IMG/VR virus record: IMGVR_UViG_3300032237_000809
Span: 32,001 to 96,000 of that record
Strand: one strand, 5' to 3'
DNA: 64,000 nucleotides
From: a virus
Taxonomy: Duplodnaviria > Caudoviricetes
This document shows, one piece after another, positions 30,265-39,769 of this stretch (within the stretch, counting starts at the first letter, position 1; every line of letters starts with the position of its first letter). A model generated the notes under the pieces. That model made no database searches. It worked only from the letters and a program-made list of their open reading frames with translations, and was not told the origin of the DNA. The position numbers were made by a program, and so were the translations under genes.

Positions 30265-31347
30265 ATGAACTCTGAACAAATTAAAGATCTTCATCTACTC
30301 TATACCGCAGTCTATGATGAAGATCTCAGAAAACAGTTTGATGAATATAACAATACCATCTATGACGAAGATATTGTAGAAGTTGCCACAGAGTACTTCT
30401 ATGCATATGGTCTGAATGATGATGGTATTGATATTCTGATTGAAAACATTGGTCTCGATTCTTTTGTGGAATTTGTTTATGATTTATCAGAAGATCTTTA
30501 TGATCTTACGGAAGCAAGAGCAGCAAGAAAAGCAAGGCCTGGTGGCAAAACTATTGAGCAAGTAAAAGCAGATATTGACGCCAAAGAAAAAAAAGCAGCA
30601 GCAAAGAAGGAAGCAAAGAAAAAAGTTACTACAGCAGCTACTGAGAAAACAGAAACAGAGAGAGTAAAACCAGAAACTCGTGGTCCTGAGAGTCAGGCAA
30701 AAGCACAACAACCAAAGGGAAAAAAACCTGTAAGAGATGCCATAGCAAGAACCATTCTTCAAGGTATTGAGCGTCATAATAAGGCAACAGCGACTGCAGG
30801 GCGCCTTGCTGGTGAAACTGGAGCAACTCTTGGTAGAATCGGTTCACTCGCTGCAGAGGCAGGTAGAAGGGCAGGTGAGCATATTAAAAAGCATGGATTG
30901 AAATCTCTTGCACATGAAGAAGTTGAACTTTTGGCGAATCAACTTATTGAGGAAGGTTATGATCTGAGTGATTATACTTGGGATGATATGATTGAGATTT
31001 ATGAAAAAACTGAGTCTAAGTATAAACCAAAAACCAAAGAAGAACTTGCAAGATATGTCTCTGCTCTTGATAGACTGCATCGTATGGCTACAGAAGTACG
31101 TGGACCAGAACCATCATCAACTCCAGAGAAAAAAAGAAAACCAAAAACGGATATGAGAAATGTCCAAGTTCATGAAGATCTTTATGATGTAATTCTCTCA
31201 CATCTTATCGATGAAGGTTATGCTGATTCTGTAGAACGGGCAGAAGTTATTATGGTGAATATGAGTGAAGAGTGGAGAGATGGAATTCTTGATGAAGCAA
31301 ATAGAGCAGACGATCATGTAACATCGAGTATGTATATGAGTAGTTAA
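30265..31347 (+). CDS. EGY-tag family late protein 2
   Basis: N-tag IKDLHLLYTAVY, middle LIEEGYDLSDYTWDDM, C-tag LYDVILSHLIDEGYA..AEVIMVNMSEEWRDGILDEA; late promoter at 30228. Confidence 0.8.
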   Translation: MNSEQIKDLHLLYTAVYDEDLRKQFDEYNNTIYDEDIVEVATEYFYAYGLNDDGIDILIENIGLDSFVEFVYDLSEDLYDLTEARAARKARPGGKTIEQVKADIDAKEKKAAAKKEAKKKVTTAATEKTETERVKPETRGPESQAKAQQPKGKKPVRDAIARTILQGIERHNKATATAGRLAGETGATLGRIGSLAAEAGRRAGEHIKKHGLKSLAHEEVELLANQLIEEGYDLSDYTWDDMIEIYEKTESKYKPKTKEELARYVSALDRLHRMATEVRGPEPSSTPEKKRKPKTDMRNVQVHEDLYDVILSHLIDEGYADSVERAEVIMVNMSEEWRDGILDEANRADDHVTSSMYMSS

Positions 31348-31360
31348 CCATCTACCACAA

Positions 31361-31486
31361 ATGCAAAAAAAATATCGTAGGCAAGGTAGAGACTTTAAGG
31401 GAGTTTTGCATCGTGATGATTGGGAAACCCAAGGAGAACCAATAAGACAAAAGGCACATAAAGATAGAAGAGGTGTAAAATCATAA
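31361..31486 (+). pseudogene. Frameshifted basic tail or 41-aa orphan module of EGY protein 2
   Basis: MQKKYRRQGRDFKGVLHRDDWETQGEPIRQKAHKDRRGVKS, in +1 frame just after the stop. Confidence 0.4.
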
Positions 31487-31544
31487 AACCACTTTCCAAA
31501 CCGTCACAAGGGGCACTTACCTGCCCCTTTTTTGTGTGTATAAT
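31487..31544 (+). promoter_or_regulatory. Dyad box + terminator hairpin + -10 box upstream of cobS
   Basis: AACCACTTTCCAAACCGTCACA, hairpin AAGGGGCA/TGCCCCTT with T-run, TATAAT at 31539. Confidence 0.7.
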
Positions 31545-31578
31545 AAGAGAGTTCAAATGAAACACACCTAACTACATT

Positions 31579-32718
31579 ATGTCTCGTAAAAATTCTGTGA
31601 CCGACGATCAACTGTTTACTGAACTCAAAGAACTGTTTGGTTCTGAATTTAGTGCTGGTGATATCCGTGGATATTGTGCTTTTAACAATCTTAATTATCA
31701 GACCGTGACTCGCCGTCTGGAACCATTTAAAACTGATCGTGGTCGTTGGAATCTTGAAGTGACTCAAGAAAAAATTGACCAAATTGAGCATACCTTCCAA
31801 TCCCCCGCCGCTCTTCCAAGTCTTCCAGTTGTGCAACAAAATCTTATTCCTGAAAAAGACAATACTTTTGTTAAATTTGGAAATTTTAACGATATTAAAA
31901 AAATTATCTCTTCAAATCTTTTTTATCCGACGTTTATTACTGGTCTTTCTGGCAACGGAAAAACTTTCGGTATTGAGCAGGCATGTGCTCAACTGAAACG
32001 TGAAATGATCCGTGTCAATATTACAATTGAGACTGATGAAGACGATTTGATTGGTGGGTTCCGTCTTGTTAATGGTGAAACTGCCTGGCATAATGGTCCA
32101 GTCATCGAAGCACTTCAACGTGGTGCAATTCTTCTTCTCGATGAGATTGATCTTGCATCGAATAAAATCATGTGTCTTCAATCCGTTCTTGAAGGTAAAG
32201 GAGTCTTTCTCAAAAAAATTGGTAAGTTTGTAAATCCTACTGAAGGATTCAACATTTTTGCCACTGCAAATACTAAAGGTAAGGGTTCTGATGATGGTCG
32301 CTTCATCGGCACCAACGTGCTCAATGAAGCGTTCCTGGAGAGGTTCCCAGTGACCTTTGAGCAGTCTTATCCTGCTCCTTCCACCGAACAGAAGATCCTT
32401 GAAGGCATTGCTCTGGACCTTGGTGTGGAAGATCGTGATTTCTGCAAGCGTCTGGTTGATTGGGGTGATGTGATTCGCAAGACCTTCTACGATGGTGGTA
32501 TTGAAGAAATCATCAGCACCCGTCGTCTGGTTCATATCATTCGTGCCTACAGCATTTTTAATGACAAGGCAAAGGCAATTCAAGTTTGTATCAATCGTTT
32601 TGATGATGAAACTAAGACTGCTTTCCTGGAACTCTATGATAAAATCGACGCTGATTTTGTAATGCCTTCTGAAGGTGAGCAAGTGACTTATAATATTGAC
32701 AATATGCCACAAGTCTGA
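31579..32718 (+). CDS. cobS: CobS-like MoxR AAA+ ATPase
   Basis: GLSGNGKT, ETDEDDLIGG, LLLDEID, TANTKG, NEAFLERF, STRRL. Confidence 0.93.
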   Translation: MSRKNSVTDDQLFTELKELFGSEFSAGDIRGYCAFNNLNYQTVTRRLEPFKTDRGRWNLEVTQEKIDQIEHTFQSPAALPSLPVVQQNLIPEKDNTFVKFGNFNDIKKIISSNLFYPTFITGLSGNGKTFGIEQACAQLKREMIRVNITIETDEDDLIGGFRLVNGETAWHNGPVIEALQRGAILLLDEIDLASNKIMCLQSVLEGKGVFLKKIGKFVNPTEGFNIFATANTKGKGSDDGRFIGTNVLNEAFLERFPVTFEQSYPAPSTEQKILEGIALDLGVEDRDFCKRLVDWGDVIRKTFYDGGIEEIISTRRLVHIIRAYSIFNDKAKAIQVCINRFDDETKTAFLELYDKIDADFVMPSEGEQVTYNIDNMPQV

Positions 32719-32724
32719 TATGAT
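32696..32724 (+). promoter_or_regulatory. sigma70-type promoter
   Basis: TTGACA-17-TATGAT. Confidence 0.65.
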
Positions 32725-32760
32725 AGGGGGAGGTAAACTATAATTTCCTTCCCCTTTACT

Positions 32761-33162
32761 ATGGAAAATGATCTTCAATTGACGTTAGATTTATTTGAAT
32801 TTACTATGAATAAAAACGAAAATACTGATGTAATTAATTTTACTAAAATTCCTATTAATACTATGAATGAACAAACTAATAAAAACGGATTTTGGAAATA
32901 CAATGAAGAGAAAATCCTGAAACAACTTGAAGAGTATATTGCAGGTACTTATAATCAACACTATGTTGATAGGACTGGTGGTGGTACTGAGCAAACATTG
33001 GATAAGATTAAGCACAATCGTCGTGAAGGGTTTTGTGCCGGTAATGTGACCAAGTATATTGATCGGTATGATACTAAAGGAACTCCCCGTGCTGATTTGT
33101 TCAAAGTATTGCACTATACTATTCTCTTGATTAATCATCTTAATCTTGTTGAAAACAAATGA
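32761..33162 (+). CDS. Conserved phage protein (DUF3310 / T7 gp1.7-like)
   Basis: TYNQHY...QTLD.I....GFCAGNV.KY..RY..KG....DL.K..HY; start may be later. Confidence 0.65.
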   Translation: MENDLQLTLDLFEFTMNKNENTDVINFTKIPINTMNEQTNKNGFWKYNEEKILKQLEEYIAGTYNQHYVDRTGGGTEQTLDKIKHNRREGFCAGNVTKYIDRYDTKGTPRADLFKVLHYTILLINHLNLVENK

Positions 33163-33845
33163 AACTGAAACCTAAAATTATGAAACTCTCAGACAATACT
33201 TTAGTTATTCTTAAAAACTTTGCTGGAATTAATAATTCCATTTTGGTAAAAGAAGGTAATCGCCTTCGCACTATTTCCGTAGCAAAAAATATTCTTGCCG
33301 AAGCGGATATTAGTGAAGAGTTTCCTCGTGAATTTGCCATTTATGATCTGAATCAATTTCTGAATGGACTTGGACTTCATCAAGATCCTGATTTGGATTT
33401 TGGTGAAACATCTCATATTACTATCCGTGAAGGTAAGCGTAGAGTAAAGTATTTCTATGCAGATCCTAATGTGATTATTTCTCCTCCTGATAAAGAAATT
33501 CAACTTCCTTCTAGAGATGTTTGTTTTCATCTGGAAAGTGCTTCTCTTGAAAAACTTGTAAAAGCTGCAGCAGTTTATCAACTTCCGGATTTGTCTGCTG
33601 TTGGTGAAGCAGGTGTAATTCGTCTGGTTGTCCGTGACAAGAAAAACGATACTTCTAATGAATACTCTATTGTAGTTGGTGAAACTGATCAGGAATTCGT
33701 TTTCAATTTTAAAGTTGAAAATATTAAAATTATTCCTGGAGCATACGATGTGGTTGTGTCAAAAAAACTTCTGTCACAGTTCAGCAATAGCAAGTACAAT
33801 TTGAAGTATTATATTGCTTTGGAACCTGATTCTACTTTTACTTGA
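33159..33845 (+). CDS. gp45: Sliding clamp
   Basis: MKLS..T..ILKNFA.IN.SI, FAIYDLNQFL, YYIALEPDS; probable start 33180. Confidence 0.95.
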   Translation: MKLKPKIMKLSDNTLVILKNFAGINNSILVKEGNRLRTISVAKNILAEADISEEFPREFAIYDLNQFLNGLGLHQDPDLDFGETSHITIREGKRRVKYFYADPNVIISPPDKEIQLPSRDVCFHLESASLEKLVKAAAVYQLPDLSAVGEAGVIRLVVRDKKNDTSNEYSIVVGETDQEFVFNFKVENIKIIPGAYDVVVSKKLLSQFSNSKYNLKYYIALEPDSTFT

Positions 33846-34270
33846 TGATATTTCCTTATTATTTGACACCTGAAGGAACAGAAATTCTACAATTAATTGT
33901 AAAAGCGCATTTTAAGATACAAGAAAATATTTCTTGGTGCTCCAATAAAGGTTATGCCGGAGCAATTATACGAGATAGTAAAACTTTCTTTATTTGTACA
34001 AAAAATATTTTTAAAGAAGATAACCCAAATAGTTTTTTAAATGAAACTGTTTATCACGAAGCAGTTCACGCAGCTCAAATATGTAAAGGTATGAAACCAA
34101 TTGGGATTCCAATTGATGAAATGCCATTATCTTCAAATAAAATGGAAAATATCAATAAATCTATTGCTCTAACAAAAGATAAATCTACAAGAAGATTGGA
34201 GCATGAAGCATATTGGTTAGAAGATAAACCAAAAGAAACTATTAAGTACCTTCGCAAATTTTGCTTTTAA
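33842..34270 (+). CDS. Small zincin-like (HExxH) protein
   Basis: ETVYHEAVHAAQ.C and downstream EHEAY. Confidence 0.65.
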   Translation: MMIFPYYLTPEGTEILQLIVKAHFKIQENISWCSNKGYAGAIIRDSKTFFICTKNIFKEDNPNSFLNETVYHEAVHAAQICKGMKPIGIPIDEMPLSSNKMENINKSIALTKDKSTRRLEHEAYWLEDKPKETIKYLRKFCF

Positions 34271-34334
34271 TTATAAATATTTACGTTTGTAAGTATTCTT
34301 TTTATAAATAGTTATGTAGTCAGAAGACAATCAA

Positions 34335-34916
34335 ATGTATTGTTTGGAATGCAATTTCACTCTTGGAAAAAGACAAAAAAAATTCTGTTCTCGCAAATGT
34401 ATGAACGTATACAATGCAAGAGAATTTGGTATGAAAAATCGAGAGGAAAATCCAAATAGGTACAAAATTTGTAAAGAATGTAATCAATCTTTAAATCTTA
34501 ATAAGTTTAGTTTAATTGAAAAATGGAATCCAAATTCTGACACTAAAAATACTTGCAAAAAATGTTCCATAAAAATAAAACAAACTGAAAAATTAAACAG
34601 AGATTGGAAAGTTGATGCTGCCAAACTCCTTTATAAAAATATCAAATCACGATGCAAAAGAATAGGAAGAGAATTCTCTATTGAGTTAGAAGATATTATC
34701 ATTCCAGAAAAATGTCCTGTGTTTGGATTTGATTTAAAAAGAGAAGATAGGCAAACTTGGATGTGCGCTCCAAGTGTCGATAGAATAGACAGTTCCAAAG
34801 GGTATATAAAGGGAAATGTTACAGTTGTCAGCAGAAGAGCAAACATCCTTAAAAAAGATGCTACATTAGAAGAGTTAGAACAATTATTTAATTATTACAA
34901 AACTTTGAGGAACTAA
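34335..34916 (+). CDS. Putative His-Me finger (HNH-like) homing endonuclease with Zn-finger repeats
   Basis: CxxC repeats, IPEKCPVFG, PSVDRID..KGYIKGNV.VVS.RAN..K; two late promoters upstream. Confidence 0.8.
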   Translation: MYCLECNFTLGKRQKKFCSRKCMNVYNAREFGMKNREENPNRYKICKECNQSLNLNKFSLIEKWNPNSDTKNTCKKCSIKIKQTEKLNRDWKVDAAKLLYKNIKSRCKRIGREFSIELEDIIIPEKCPVFGFDLKREDRQTWMCAPSVDRIDSSKGYIKGNVTVVSRRANILKKDATLEELEQLFNYYKTLRN

Positions 34917-34918
34917 CT

Positions 34919-35428
34919 TTGAATATATTCGCAACATCGCCGTGGCCTGCTGAAAGTGCAATTGTACTTCCTGACCGTCACGTAACAAAAATGTCTTTAG
35001 AGGCATGTCAAATGCTGTCCATCGTTGCCTCCAAGTGGTATCATGGGTATGGAACCCTCCCTAAGGCAGATGGATCCACCTATAGCACCGAGAAGGGTGC
35101 TTTCCGTAATCATCCATGTACCAAGTGGGCAGCAGAATCCATTCATAATGCTTACTGGTTGATCAAACATGGAATGAACCTCTGTGATGAATATACGGTT
35201 CGTTATAGTAAGGTTCATTCATGCTATAATACTCTTCTGTCTGCTTACTATCTTTTTCCTAAAGGAAAAATTACTGAAGTAACAGATTTTGTTCGTGCTA
35301 TGCCAGATGAATATAAACTTGACGAAAGCATTGACACTTTTACTGCTTACAAGATGTATATTGCATCCAAACCTTGGGTTGCATCTAATTATCTTCGTAT
35401 GCCAGAACGCAAACCTGAATGGATCTAA
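34919..35428 (+). CDS. Pyrimidine-dimer glycosylase-like conserved phage protein
   Basis: NIF......A..L.D.HV.KM.LE..QMLS, NHPCTKW, F.RAMP...K, AY..Y; TTG start. Confidence 0.65.
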   Translation: MNIFATSPWPAESAIVLPDRHVTKMSLEACQMLSIVASKWYHGYGTLPKADGSTYSTEKGAFRNHPCTKWAAESIHNAYWLIKHGMNLCDEYTVRYSKVHSCYNTLLSAYYLFPKGKITEVTDFVRAMPDEYKLDESIDTFTAYKMYIASKPWVASNYLRMPERKPEWI

Positions 35429-35431
35429 ATT

Positions 35432-36376
35432 ATGACAAGTGATTTTATTTGGACAGAACGATATCGTCCAAGAACTATTGAAGATTGTATCCTTCCAGAG
35501 GATATTAAAAGAACATTTAGTGATTTTCTAAATAAAGGTGAAATTTCAAATATGCTTCTTTGTGGTCCTCCTGGTGTTGGAAAGACTACAGTTGCAAAGG
35601 CATTATGTAATGAATTGGGAGTAGATGTTTATGTCATTAACGGATCCGACGAGGGTAGATTCCTTGATACTGTCAGAAACAATGCGAAAAACTTCGCTTC
35701 GACCGTCTCACTTTCGTCAGATGCTAAACATAAAGTCATCATCATTGATGAAGCAGATAACACGGGAAACGACGTTCAACTCCTCTTACGGGCGTTTATT
35801 GAGGAATTTGCTGGTAACTGCAGATTCATCTTTACCTGCAACTACAAGAACAAAATCATCGAACCACTCCACTCCAGATGTGCGGTTATCGAGTTTGGAA
35901 TCAATGGAAAAGACAAACCAAAACTCGCGTCAAGATTCTTTAAGCGAGTATGCGAAATCTTGGTTAAAGAGAACATTAGATTCGATGAAAAAGTAATTGC
36001 TGAATTGGTCAATAAGCATTTTCCCGACTGGAGAAGAGTTCTCAATGAATGTCAAAGATATTCTGTCAGTGGAGAAATAGATAGTGGAATTCTTGCTTGT
36101 TTTTCTGATGTTGTAGTAAATAATCTTATTATTCATCTTAAAGATAAAAATTTTTCCGAAGTTAGAAAATGGGTAGTATCAAATTTGGATAATGATTCTT
36201 CTGTCATTCTCCGTAGAATTTATGAAGCATGTTACAGTTGTCTTTCACCTCAAACTATTCCTGCTGCAGTTTTGATTATTGCTAAGTATCAATATCAAAT
36301 TGCATTTGTTGCTGATCAAGAAATTAATCTGTTAGCAGCATTGACTGAAATTATGTGTGAGTGTGAGTTTTTATGA
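35432..36376 (+). CDS. gp44: Clamp loader large subunit
   Basis: W.ERYRP, GPPGVGKTT, IIDEAD, LHSRC, FPDWRR. Confidence 0.96.
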   Translation: MTSDFIWTERYRPRTIEDCILPEDIKRTFSDFLNKGEISNMLLCGPPGVGKTTVAKALCNELGVDVYVINGSDEGRFLDTVRNNAKNFASTVSLSSDAKHKVIIIDEADNTGNDVQLLLRAFIEEFAGNCRFIFTCNYKNKIIEPLHSRCAVIEFGINGKDKPKLASRFFKRVCEILVKENIRFDEKVIAELVNKHFPDWRRVLNECQRYSVSGEIDSGILACFSDVVVNNLIIHLKDKNFSEVRKWVVSNLDNDSSVILRRIYEACYSCLSPQTIPAAVLIIAKYQYQIAFVADQEINLLAALTEIMCECEFL

Positions 36377-36582
36377 ATTTTTATGAAATACATTATAACT
36401 TTTTAAGAGAACCAAGAGTTAAATCCAATCCAGAAAATGTAAGAGAAGCAAATGAAGGACTTTTTCGTGCTAAAATGACGCTTCCTGCCGCAGCGAAACA
36501 CTGTGGTATGACTCAAAAAGAAATGAAACTTATCTTTTGGGAATTTTTAAAATATAATAATCCTGATTATGAAGAGAATTGA
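36373..36582 (+). CDS. Small conserved hypothetical protein (HTH-like)
   Basis: PENVREANEGLF.AKMTLPAAAKHCGMT.KEMK; ATGA coupling. Confidence 0.65.
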   Translation: MNFYEIHYNFLREPRVKSNPENVREANEGLFRAKMTLPAAAKHCGMTQKEMKLIFWEFLKYNNPDYEEN

Positions 36583-37156
36583 AGTAGTTACAAATGAATC
36601 ACGTTTAGAAGTTTATTGTTATAGAACTTTTCTTGATTTTGAAAATTTAAAAGTTCTTGATTTGTGGGAAAAAAATAGAAATAATACGGATGTAGTTCGA
36701 TCAATTACAAGACCTTTTTATGACCTAGTTCATTCTTTATCAGTTCCTTCAGGATTTATTACCGAAAGAGCATTAGAAAAAAAGCGAATGGATAATACAT
36801 GGGTAATATGTAAAGATCATTGCTATTCTCCACAATTCATTTATCAAATGCTTATGGATAAGCATGAATTGTATATAAATGATTATGATAAGTATTTTAA
36901 AATATTTAAAGTTGCCTGTACTACAATTGATATTTTGTCTGAACAGAATAAAAGTTTGTCGCTGTTGACTTCCAATAGAAAGGGTAAATATAAAGTTTAT
37001 GTTCCAACCGATAAAAAATATCAATATTTGGACATCAAACTTGTATCAAGAAATTATGGAAGGCAATGGTATAATAAACCAATAAATCCTGTTGATAATT
37101 ATATCGTAACTCCACAGGAACTTTTGGATTATGAAAAAGGATTTTTGGTAAATTAA
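36569..37156 (+). CDS. Hypothetical protein
   Basis: 195-aa coupled ORF with a DHCYSPQ motif. Confidence 0.6.
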   Translation: MKRIEVVTNESRLEVYCYRTFLDFENLKVLDLWEKNRNNTDVVRSITRPFYDLVHSLSVPSGFITERALEKKRMDNTWVICKDHCYSPQFIYQMLMDKHELYINDYDKYFKIFKVACTTIDILSEQNKSLSLLTSNRKGKYKVYVPTDKKYQYLDIKLVSRNYGRQWYNKPINPVDNYIVTPQELLDYEKGFLVN

Positions 37157-37157
37157 T

Positions 37158-38216
37158 ATGTTATCTATTGAAAATGCAGTTTGGGCAGCAGACCAATTTA
37201 TACAATATTATTCTAAGTTTAATCGTATAGATGATTATCTTAGATATGTCAAACAGAGTAGAATGGGAAATGCTTCTGGTAAATTATTTGGTCCAGAGGA
37301 TGATATTTTTTCAAACTTTGATATTCATCCTAGGGATATGTCATTTTCAATTCATATCGTAGATACTAATCCAAAAACAACATCAAAATATAATCAAGAT
37401 CTTTATTCTGAAATTTTAACCGATACTGCTTCAAATCCTATTGAGGAGGCAATTCCTGGTAGAACGTTGAAATGGATTGTAACTGAAGATACCTCAAATA
37501 AAATAATTGGAGTAGTTCGATTTGGATCTCCAACTATAAATTCAAAACCAAGAAATGATTATTTTGGAGAAGTTATTTCACTTTCCCGAATTAATAGTGA
37601 ATTTGTAATGGGATTTAATATTGTCCCCGTTCAACCTTTTGGTTACAATTATCTTGGTGGAAAACTCTTAGCTCTTTTAGCATCTTCTAATGAATTCAAG
37701 CGACAATTTGATGGAAAATATGGAGTTAATCTTCAATACTTTGAAACAACTTCATTATACGGTACAACGAAAGGGGTATCCATGTATGATGGCCTTAAAC
37801 CTTATATTCGACACATAGGAGATACTGAAAGTAATTTCCTTCCACTCTTTCATGATGACTATTTTAAAGAGATGTTCTGGTGGTTTAATAATACTGCTAA
37901 TGGTGGGGAAAGACTCATTTCAGCAGATAAATCATCAAAAAAATTAAAGATTCAAACTAAGATGATTTCCATCATCAAAAATTCTTTGAAGAATCATTCA
38001 AAGTTGGATGAATTTAATTCATGTATTGAACATGCAAAAACATTGACAGAAAAAAAGAGATATTATCTTTCTAAATTTGGATATGAACCTGAAGAAGTTA
38101 TTCAGTGGTGGAAAAATAAAGCATCCAAAAGATATGAAAAACTTAAATCTGATGGTCGTTTAAGAACGGAACTTGAACTGTGGAAACATGATAATGATTT
38201 GGAGATTATTCGATGA
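37158..38216 (+). CDS. DUF4338/DruA-like protein (possible GNAT/Mom-like modifier)
   Basis: IPGR.LKWIV, G...FGSP, VPVQPFGYNYLGGKLLA, ETTSLYG....S.Y..L. Confidence 0.65.
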   Translation: MLSIENAVWAADQFIQYYSKFNRIDDYLRYVKQSRMGNASGKLFGPEDDIFSNFDIHPRDMSFSIHIVDTNPKTTSKYNQDLYSEILTDTASNPIEEAIPGRTLKWIVTEDTSNKIIGVVRFGSPTINSKPRNDYFGEVISLSRINSEFVMGFNIVPVQPFGYNYLGGKLLALLASSNEFKRQFDGKYGVNLQYFETTSLYGTTKGVSMYDGLKPYIRHIGDTESNFLPLFHDDYFKEMFWWFNNTANGGERLISADKSSKKLKIQTKMISIIKNSLKNHSKLDEFNSCIEHAKTLTEKKRYYLSKFGYEPEEVIQWWKNKASKRYEKLKSDGRLRTELELWKHDNDLEIIR

Positions 38217-38599
38217 CTTATGAATTAAAAGATTGGTTAAATTCTATAAATCAAACAAAGAAAAATATTATGGATGAAGATCCTTCATCTGAAAAGGAGT
38301 ATGCTCCATACATCATTAATAGGTGCTTTTCAGGACATATTGATTCTTTGATGTTTGCAAATGAAATGAATAAGTATCATTTTCTATCTAAAAAGATGCA
38401 ATATGATTTTTATATAAATATTTTGAGAACTAAGAAGAGATTTTCTCCTTGGCTTCGTAAAGATACGATCAAAGATCTTGATTATGTCAAACGATATTAT
38501 AATTATAGTAATGAAAAGGCAAAACAGGCTTTGAAAATTCTTAGTAAAGAACAATTAGAATTTATTAAATCAAAATTTGAGACTGGAGGAAAAAAATGA
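38213..38599 (+). CDS. gp62: Clamp loader small subunit
   Basis: LKDWLNSIN, YAPYIINR, ANEMN, VKRYY.YS.EKA. Confidence 0.93.
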   Translation: MTYELKDWLNSINQTKKNIMDEDPSSEKEYAPYIINRCFSGHIDSLMFANEMNKYHFLSKKMQYDFYINILRTKKRFSPWLRKDTIKDLDYVKRYYNYSNEKAKQALKILSKEQLEFIKSKFETGGKK

Positions 38600-39039
38600 G
38601 CGTCGTTCAAGAACCTGTTGTGAATTGGACACCTGACCAAATGGTAGAAGTGATCCTGAATGAACCAGATGACTTTTTGAAAGTTCGTGAGACTTTGACA
38701 CGTATTGGAGTTGCTTCACGCAAGGAAAAGAAAATTTATCAATCTTGCCATATTCTTCACAAACAAGGTAGATACTATCTTGTACACTTTAAAGAATTGT
38801 TTGCTCTTGATGGTAAACATGCTAATCTTACTGTAAATGATGTTCAACGTCGTAATCGTATTGCTCAATTGATTGCAGATTGGGGTCTTGTAGAAATAGT
38901 TGATGTTTCTAAGATTTCTGATATTGCCCCTCTGAATCAGATTAAAGTTCTTTCTTATAAGGATAAGGGTGATTGGATTTTGGAAACCAAGTACAATATT
39001 GGTGCCAAAAAAAAGCGTACTGAAGAGGAAACCGAATAA
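38596..39039 (+). CDS. regA: Translational repressor RegA
   Basis: DDFLKVRETLTRIGVAS, YQSCHILHKQG.Y..VHFKELF. Confidence 0.97.
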   Translation: MSVVQEPVVNWTPDQMVEVILNEPDDFLKVRETLTRIGVASRKEKKIYQSCHILHKQGRYYLVHFKELFALDGKHANLTVNDVQRRNRIAQLIADWGLVEIVDVSKISDIAPLNQIKVLSYKDKGDWILETKYNIGAKKKRTEEETE

Positions 39040-39144
39040 AAAAGTAGAGAGTTCAACACTCTTCATTTTTTATGTTCTTGATATATAATAATGATGTTGC
39101 CTTCGGGGACATCATTAACTTACAGACGCTTTAGGAGGTCTATT

Positions 39145-39651
39145 ATGTTCGGAACAAGTTCGCTTACACTTTCAGTGCCAGAAACTGCAAAGTATCTGAC
39201 GGAGATTCAGAGAAATAGTATTGGATTAGATGAGTGGTTCAAAAGGTTTGATACTGCATTTGAGACGCATACTAACTATCCACCATATAATTTAGTTAAA
39301 GAAAGTAGTGTTGATTTTAGGTTAGAAATTGCACTTGCTGGATACAAAAGAGAAGATATTAGAGTATCTACAGAATGGAATAAACTCTATGTAGAATCGG
39401 GGAAAATTCGTAAATCCGATGATGAGTATCTACACCAAGGAGTAGCAAAGAGGGCATTTACTCGCACCTGGACTCTTTCTGATGATGTAGAAATTAAGAA
39501 TGTTTGTTTTGAAGATGGATTACTCACTATTAAACTAAATAGAGTTATTCCCGAGCATCAGAAGAGAAAGGTATATGAAATCGTTTCAGAAGTTCGTGCA
39601 AGAGACCAAAACGATTCGCTATCCAATGGCTCAGGTACACACAGTGATTGA
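39145..39651 (+). CDS. hsp20: Small heat-shock protein
   Basis: NYPPYN, LEIALAG, YLHQG.A.R.F.R.W.L, FEDGLL; AGGAGG at 39133 fixes the start at 39145. Confidence 0.93.
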   Translation: MFGTSSLTLSVPETAKYLTEIQRNSIGLDEWFKRFDTAFETHTNYPPYNLVKESSVDFRLEIALAGYKREDIRVSTEWNKLYVESGKIRKSDDEYLHQGVAKRAFTRTWTLSDDVEIKNVCFEDGLLTIKLNRVIPEHQKRKVYEIVSEVRARDQNDSLSNGSGTHSD

Positions 39652-39745
39652 TCCCGTGACAAAAAAACCCCAAAGAATTCCAAAGGGAAAGGCAGTTCCT
39701 TTTAATCCTGGCGGCGGTGGAAGGGGTGGATGTGAAGAGGAATAA
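39575..39745 (+). CDS. 56-aa ORF overlapping hsp20 with capsid-targeting-like N-terminus (not in ORF track)
   Basis: MKSFQKFVQETKTIRYPMAQVHTVIDPVTKKPQRIPKGKAVPFNPGGGGRGGCEEE. Confidence 0.5.
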   Translation: MKSFQKFVQETKTIRYPMAQVHTVIDPVTKKPQRIPKGKAVPFNPGGGGRGGCEEE

Positions 39746-39769
39746 ATAGTAATAACTATCGTCGCCGCA

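Noticed and set aside
31579-32718. cobS as a cobalamin-synthesis auxiliary metabolic gene
   Set aside because: No cobN or other cob genes; the partner carries a peptidase domain; the name reflects homology only
31912-32778. 288-aa minus-strand ORF, and other antisense or alternate-frame ORFs (e.g. 42983-43558, 16055-16501, 9071-9529)
   Set aside because: Shadows of well-conserved plus-strand genes; no recognisable motifs or expression signals
37158-38216. Druantia anti-phage system
   Set aside because: Only a DruA-like gene; no DruE helicase or other partners
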